DNA of 45,725 bases from an uncultured Bacteroides sp. (GTDB taxonomy: Bacteria > Bacteroidota > Bacteroidia > Bacteroidales > JACABE01): NCBI GenBank assembly GCA_964646395.1, contig CAZYEM010000002.1:1-45725 (forward strand), given 5' to 3'. A program made the position numbers and the translations under genes. Below the pieces are notes generated by a model. It saw only the letters and a list, made by a program, of their open reading frames with translations. It was not told the origin of the DNA and did not search any database. Of this stretch, positions 14,720-23,700 are shown piece after piece (the stretch's first letter is position 1; the number at the start of each line of letters is the position of its first letter).

Positions 14720-17700
14720 ATGAAGAGAATAATTGTATTTATAGTAACTATAACCTTTGGTTTATTTGTTTCTGGTCAAACTATTGTTTTTCACGAAAAT
14801 TTCGAATTACCCTCAGGTGGAGATAGTTTATTATCTTCGGCTGATGAGGCAGGGAATCCTACAACCAATTTTATACCATGGTCACTTTCAAGTAAGTTAT
14901 TCAAATCAGGTATAAAATCAGATTCTAACAGAGTTCAAAACGGGAAAACAATTTATCTGACAACAAATTCATTTTCTACTATAGGAAACAATTATGTAAT
15001 TCTTGAATTTGCTCAGATTTGCAAATTGTATATTACGGATGGAGCACAAATTGAAGTTTCAACCAATGGAGGAATAAACTGGATTACACTTGGAACTGCT
15101 CAGTATAAAGGTAATGGTGTAATGGCTTTGAATAAATTTAGTGAGAATTCGTATGGAAATAACTGGAGTCCAGGTGATACACTTATTAAACCGAATAACA
15201 CCTGGTGGCGAAATGAGAAGTTTGATATTTCCTCTTTAGTAGCAAATCAGTCAAATGTAAAAATCAGATTCAAATTTTCGGGAAGCGGAAATATCAGTGG
15301 TGCTGGAAGATACGGCTGGTTGTTAGACGATATTAAAGTAACAATGAATCCAACTGAATTGGATTTACCTTTAATCTCAATGATTTCTTATCCAACTGAT
15401 ACAGCTTATTATGGTGGACCTTATACCGTTTCTGCTTACGTAAGTGATTTTTCAGGTATTGATACAGTTTTTATTTCATACAAAGTGGGTAACGGCGCTT
15501 TTAATCATTTAGGAATGATTAGGTCAGCTGTTATTGACAGTTTATATACTGCAGGAATACCTTTTGTGGGATATGGTAAAAAAATATTCTATACTATTAC
15601 CGCTAAAGATTCTTCAGCATCACATAATATGATGACAAATCCTATTTCTGGTTATTTATCATTTTTTACAAAATATTCTTCGGGAGGAAATGTAATTGTT
15701 GGTTCAGGTTCAACAAATCAGAATTACCCATTTAAATCAAATGCTGACAATACCAAAAGTGCATCACTATATTTATTTTCAAATATCAATAAATATGGTT
15801 TAATCAATCAATTACAATGGAATGTTTCGTCTGCTCAGGCTTCGTTAAATTTACCTTTAAAAATATATATAAAACAAACTACTTCTTCTTTAATGACGGC
15901 TGATACTTGGGAAAATCTGATATCCGGAGCTGTAATGGTATACAATGGTAATCAGATTTTTAATTCTTCCGGATGGAAGACAATTAATCTTTCTACTCCT
16001 TTTAATTATAATTCAGGGAATCTGATGGTTTTATGTGAAACCAATTACGGAGGAACTGGAGCTCCGGCTTCTCCTTCATTTTATTATTCAACAGTAACAA
16101 ATGGTTTGCATCAGTTTTTTGCCTCATACATAACAACCACAGGAACAATAAATGCTCAACGACCTAATATTACCGTTGGTTTTGTTAGTTTTCCTTTGCC
16201 AACACAGGATGCCGGAATTTCTCAAATAACGAGTCCTGTAGGTGGAGTAAATGCTGGAATAGCATTTAATGTTACAGCAAAAATAAAAAATTATGGCAGT
16301 TCGGCATTAACCAAAGCAAATGTTATATATACTATTGATGGGAATGCAGCTGTTTCAAGTATATGGACAGGTAATTTGTTAAAAGATTCTACTTATAGTT
16401 ATACTGTAGGAAATCTTAATTTGCCGGTAGGATTTCATGTTTTAAAAATATGGACTGAAATGCCCAATGACAGTTTAGATCAGAATAATCTGAATGATAC
16501 TTTATTTTATTCATTTTATGCTTGTTCGGGACCTTTGAACGGTACTTATACAATTGGAGGATCAGGAGCCGATTTTCCATCATTTACAGATGCATATACG
16601 GGTTTATCTCAATGTGGTGTTAATGGTCCTGTTGTATTTAATGTTACTGCCGGGGCTTATTCAGATCAGTTAACAATTTCTGAAATAGCCGGTGCTTCAG
16701 CAATAAACACAATAACCTTTCAATCTGCAACTAATGACAGTACTACTGTAATTCTCAACCGTATTTCCCAAAGTACTTCTAACTGGATAGTTAAATTGAA
16801 TGGAGCCGATTTTATAACATTTAAAAACATAAAATTTGCACCTTCTGATTCATTATACTCAGTAGCAGTTATATTTGCAAATGGTGCAACCAATAATAAA
16901 TTAATCGGGAATATTTTTCAGGGATATTCGGGTGCTGCTGCAAGTCAGTCGCTTGTAAATATTGAAGGAGGTACAAACCCGAATACAAGGAATACTATTC
17001 AAAAGAATTTATTTACAAAAGGATCTACTGCTATTTCACTTAAAGGTCTTGCTCTTATAAAATTGAAAAATACTATCATTAAAAATAATGTCATAAACAA
17101 TTCATTTGTTTATGGAATTTATAATCAATATGTTGATTCTACAATAATAGATTCAAATACAGTAAATTCTTCTTTTGTTAGCTCAGGCAATAAATATGGG
17201 ATCTATTTGCAATATGCTAATATTTTAAATGCTATTACAAAAAATACTATCAATTTAATTGGAGGAGTAAATATGTATGGTATATTGGTTGAAAGCTCAA
17301 TATCCAATGATACTGCCAAGGGGTTGATTGCCAATAACTTTATAAGCTTATTAAACGGTAACGGAATTACTTATGGAATTAGATTCAATTCGGTAACCAA
17401 ATATAAAGTTTTTGCCAATTCTGTTGTTGTTACTGGTAGCAATGAAACTGAAACAAGAGGTGTTAATATAGCAAGTTCATCATTTGGCATTGAATTGAAA
17501 AACAACAATATATACAGTAATAAGTTAGCGGTTTATCTGGATGGACTCTCTGTAACCTCATCTGATTATAATAATTATTTTTCAAACGGTAATAATTTAG
17601 CATTCTGGAATACAAATTTTTATACAGATATCAATACTTTAATCGCAGCAAGTTTTAAAGATTCCAGTTCAATTTCTGTAAATCCAAACTCAATCAGTTT

Positions 17701-20700
17701 ATCTGATTTACATACATTTAATGGTTTGCTAAAAGGTAAAGGGGTCTATTTATCTGATATTTTATCTGATATTGACGGAGAAACCCGTACAAATCCACCT
17801 TGTATTGGTGCAGATGAATTTACACCTCCTTTGTATGATGCTGCGTTGATAGCTGTTTTGAAACCCAATGGAAGTTGTGGACTTTCATCTGCAGAAGATG
17901 TAAAAGTTGTTATTAAGAGCGTGGGTAGTAACACAATAATGCCAAATACAATAACTGCACATTACAAACTCGACAATACTAGTATTGTTTCAGAATTGAT
18001 AGACAGAAGTATAAATTCAAATGATACGATTCACTATGTATTTAATACAAAAGCCAATCTATCAGGTTCACCATCATTAAATGATACATCTTATACATTA
18101 AAAGTATGGACAGATTTGACTACTGATTATGCTCACGCAAACGATTCAAGTTCAACATTGACTGTAAATTCACTGTATAAACCTATTGCTCCGAATGTTA
18201 ATAATGCAACTACATTATATGGTACTTCTGTTATTTTAAATGCTTCTTCAAACAGCCCCATATTCTGGTATGATGCTATTTCAAGTTCTAATATATTAAA
18301 TATCGGTTCTTTATTCGCTACTCCAAATTTATTGGCAACAGATACTTTTTATGTTGAATCAAATACGAATAGTTTATCATATCCCATAATCGGAACAGGA
18401 TTATCAAATCAGGCACCTCCTTTTTATACAGGTTGGGGTTATACCACAAGTGCTTCAGTTTATCTTGATACAGAAGTTGGTGGATATGGAGTAATAAGTC
18501 AGTTGGGATGGAATGTTATTACTCCCTCTGCTACCAACATACCAGTTAAGATTTATTTAAAACAGATTTCTCAAGCAAGTTTAATTCCCGAAACCTGGGC
18601 AAATTTAATAAGTGGAGCATCTCTTGTATATGATGGTACTCAAATTTTTGATATTCCCGGATGGAAAACAATAAATCTGGTTAATACTTTTAAATATACT
18701 ACAGGAAACTTATTGGTACTTTGTGAAGCTAATTATGGAGGTTCGGGTAATATATCTCCATATTTTGCTTATACCACAGCAAGTGCTGGAAGTCATCATA
18801 CAACCAATGCAAATAATACTCCGGCTACTGGTATTGGAGTTACTTCCTATTCAAGACCAGATATTAAAATAAAAATCAGCAATGAAGGTTGTGCAAGTGC
18901 AAGAGTGCCAGTTATTGCAAATGTAACTGTTCCGGCTTATGAGGCTGGTATTTGTAATATAAGTACTCCATCTGGTTGTGCATTATATCAGGTGCCTATT
19001 AAAGTTAAAATATTTAATCATGGAAGTAATCCATTGAATTCCAGCAATACAACGGTTTCTTATAAGCTTGATAATGGAACTTTTACAATACCCGAAGTTC
19101 TTAATTTAACGATATTACCTTTTGATACGCTGGAATATACATTTAATACACCTGCAAATTTTGCTGCTCCTATAAATGATAGAATAATTAAAGTTACTGC
19201 TAAAGTATATACTCCTGCAGATGTTTTACATAGCAACGATACATTGGTAAAAGATTCAATATTTTCACTTAAAACACCACCTATACCAATTTCCAATAAT
19301 GTAACTATAACAAATGGTAACTCAGCAACATTAAGTGTTTCAAATGCTAATGGAAATATTAACTGGTATGATGAGCAAATTGGTGGAAATATTATTGGTC
19401 AAGGTACACCTTTTACAACTCCGTTTTTACTTTATACAACTGATACATTTTATGTAGAAGCAAACAACAATTATCCTGTTTCAAAAATTATCGGAACAGG
19501 AACGCTGATTAATACTTATCAGACTAATCCAACTCCTTATGCTAATTATAATTCAGGATCTAAAGAACAATATTTAATTCTGGCTTCAGAATTACAAGCT
19601 ATGGGATTACAGGCAGGTGAACTGACATCTGTCGCTTTTGATGTTGTATCACCTTCGTTAGCTACAACTTACGGTGTTCCGGCAACAGGTTCACATATGT
19701 TAAACTTAAATATAAGCATCGGATTTACAGCAACGTCTTCGTTAACAGCATTTATTACAGGTTTAACTCCGGTTTATTTTACTCCACATTATATTGATGT
19801 TATTGGATGGAATAATCATAATTTTTCAACACCTGTATTTTGGGATGGTTTAAGTAATATTGTAATTCAAACTTGTTTTGATAACAATATTGTTGGTTCA
19901 GATTGGTCGGATGGATCTGCAATTGTAAATCAAACATCAACGCCTTATATTTCAACACTTAGTTATCATTCCAACTATGGAGGAGTTTGCACAACAGGAG
20001 GAAATCCCGCGAGTTATAGCAAAAGACCTAATATTAAAATAACCAGCATAAAAAATGGTTGCACAAGTTCTCCTAGAAAAGCTGTAATTGTGAATGTTAG
20101 CCTTCCACCACAAAATGATGCAGGAATCACAGCTTTGATAAATCCTTCTTCCTCTGTTCCTTCTGGCATATCTACTACAGTAAGAGTTAAAATAAAAAAT
20201 TATGGACTTGCTAATTTAACAAGTGCTACAATTGCATGGACTTTAAATAATATTACAAAACCAGCTTATCATTTTACAGGGAATCTTTCAACTGGGCATG
20301 ATACAGTTATTACAATTGCTAATGAAATATTTAACGGAGGATTATATTGTATCAAAGCCTGGACAAAGAATCCTAACAGTGTAGCAATTGACAGTATTGC
20401 ATCAAATGACACATTGGCAAATACATGTTTTACAGCATGTATGAATGGTACTTATACAATTGGTGATACAAGCGGTGGCATTTACCATGATTTCCCAACT
20501 TTTAATGCAGCAGTTAATGCATTAAAAATAGGAGGGGTTTGCGGAAGTGTGACTTTCTTAGCTGACATTGGTACTTATAATGAACAGCTAAGGATTCCTG
20601 AAATTGCAGGTGCTTCTGTTTTCAATACCATTACTTTTCGTTCGGCAAGCAATGATAGTACGAAAGTAAAAATGCAATTTTCACCTAACAATATAAACAA

Positions 20701-23700
20701 TAACTATATATTACTTCTTGATAGTGCTGACTTTATAAGATTTGAGAAAATAACACTTAAAACCTTAGGTTCTGTTTATGGGAATGTTGTTGTTTTAAAT
20801 AATGGGGCTTGTAATAATTTGATAGCAAATAATATTATTGAAATGCCTGTAAATGATGGAATTTACTCACATACAGGTATTAATGACAATCCTGCACCAA
20901 ATTATTATAATAAATACCTTAATAATAGAATATTAAATGGTGATCGTGGAATATATACAAATGGAAGTAATATTTCAAATTTAAAAAAAGGAACAGAAAT
21001 ATTTGGTAATAAAATTTATAATTTTTATTCTCACGGCATATATTCATGGTATCAGGATTCTGTTAAAATTATTGGTAATGAGGTTAGTTCAAATTCAGCT
21101 AATAATAATATTTACGGTTTAAATATTGCATATAATTATAATGCAAGTCAGATTTTGAAAAATAAAATTATTATAACTACATCCAAATCTCAATATGGAC
21201 TTTATCTTTATAATTGCATTGGAACTCCAACTTCACGAGGCTTAATAGCCAACAATATGATTGCATTGACTGGTGGTACAGCTACAACAACTAATTATGG
21301 CTTATATTCAGCTTATTCAACTTATCAGAATTTTTATTACAATTCCTTAAATACAGTTTCTCCTTCAATTGCAAACAGTCATGCTTTGTATGTTGCCGGC
21401 GGTGGTTCCGATTTGAAATTTCTTAATAATAATATTGTAAATACCGGAGGTGGTTATGCTTATTATATTCAAAATACAGCTGCAATTGTTTTGTCAAATT
21501 ACAACAATATTTTTACGACAGGTGGTGTGTTGGGATACTGGAATGGTGCTGCTGGTAATTTAGCAGCTTTACAATCTGTTAGTGTTAATGATTTTAACTC
21601 AGTTTCACTAAATCCATTATTTTCATCTCCTACAGATTTACATCTACTCTCAACTTCTTTAAGTAATCTGGGAACTCCGGTTGCAGGAATTACCGATGAT
21701 ATTGATGGGTCAACAAGAGATTTGATGCATCCTACAATTGGAGCTGATGAAGTTACATTACTTCAAAATGATGCAGGGGTTACTTTTATTTACAGTCCGG
21801 CAATTGTTGAACTAGAAGCTGCTTCCATTCCCGTAAAAGTTATAGTGAAAAATTTCGGGACAAGTCCGATTACCTCAATGACTGTTAGCTATGTTTTAAA
21901 TAATAATCCTCCTGTAAATTTAGTTTATAATGGTTCAATACCTTTTAATGGTACTGATACTGTTACTTTTCCTTTGAATATGACAGTAGTTGCAGGAAAT
22001 AATAACATTTGTGCTTATACCAATTTAACTGGAGATACTTATACATTTAACAATCAGAGTTGTAAGAATATTGTTGGAACACCATTATTTGATGCTCAAC
22101 TGGCTTCAATTACTCCAATTCAGGGGGGATGTGGTTTAAGTAACGATACTGTTAAAGTGTTGATAGTAAATCAAGGGATAATGGCAATAAATGGTGGACT
22201 TTCAGCAAGCTATAAAAAAATTGGAAGTACAGCTGTTGTTACAGAAACTATAAATGCTACTATCCCTGTTGGAGGAAGTTATCTTTATTCTTTTTCTTCA
22301 AAAGTAGATCTGGTGGTTACAACCAACGATTCACTTTATGCGATTAGAGCCTGGGTTAATTTAAACAATGATAATATTCACAATAATGATACAAACTCAA
22401 TAACTGTTAAGTCATTACATACACCACAGAATCCTGTTACATCCAATTTAAGTATTCCCTATGCAACAAGTGCAACTTTAAATGCAACTTCAGCTACAAA
22501 TGATCCACTGAAATGGTTTGATGTTGCTATTTCAGGAACTCCTTTATTTACAGGCAATTCTTATAATACGCCTGTATTATTTGCATCTGATACTTTTTTT
22601 GTTGAGGCCAATTCAAACGCAGTATTTCAAGCAAGTATCGGTAATTCAGCAAATATTCAGGCTTATCCATTCTCAACTAATTGGGGTTTTACGCGAAGTG
22701 CTTCTATATATAAAGCTAGTGAGATAGGTGGATATGGTATAATAAATGAATTACAATGGAATGTTACGAATGCTGTTGCATCCAATGTGCCTGTGAAAAT
22801 TTATCTTTTACAAACATCTCAAAGTATTATGAATGTTAACAGCTGGGCAAATTTAATCAATAATGCCAGTCTGGTTTATGATGGTTCATATCAATTTAGT
22901 ATCAATGGATGGAATTCTATAAGTCTGACATCTGCTTTTGATTATACATCAGACAATTTATTAGTGCTTTGTGAAGTAAATTCAGGAGGAACAGGATCAA
23001 ATCCTTCTCCGCTTTTCTATTATTCATCAACAACATTAGGTTCACATCAATATTTTACTTCTGACAATTTACCACCAGCAGGAAATGGATATTTGTCATA
23101 TAACCGTCCGAATATTAAAATAGTTGGAAATATTGCCGGATGTGTAAGCCAGAGAGTTGCAGCTGTAGTGAATGTTGGTGCACAACCTGCTTTGGATGCA
23201 GGAGTAACCTCAATCGTAACTCCAGTTACAGGAATAAATTTAACAAATCATGATACTGTTAAGATAATTATCAGAAACTATGGAAGTTCGCCAATCAGCA
23301 ATATTCCTGTTAAATATAAATCAGGGGCAAATGCGGAAGTAAGTGAAATAATAACAGCTAGTATTGCTTCAGGAAATACGTTGGAATATTCATTCAATCA
23401 AACTGTTGATTTAAGTTCCAATATTCAGCCACAGGTATTCTCTGTTAAAGCATGGACTGACTTAGCAGGCGATGCAACTCATCAAAATGATACAATAAAG
23501 AAAATAATCATAAATAATCCTTTCATTTATTGTACGTCTTATGCAATTAATAGTGGAGATGAAGATTTAGGACAAGTAATATTTGCCGGAATAAATCATG
23601 GGAATGCACTTCCTGTTTTAAATAATCCATCTGCAAATCAATCGTATAATGATTATACAAGTCTGACACCGGCAATAGTTCAACCAGGTATAAGTTATCC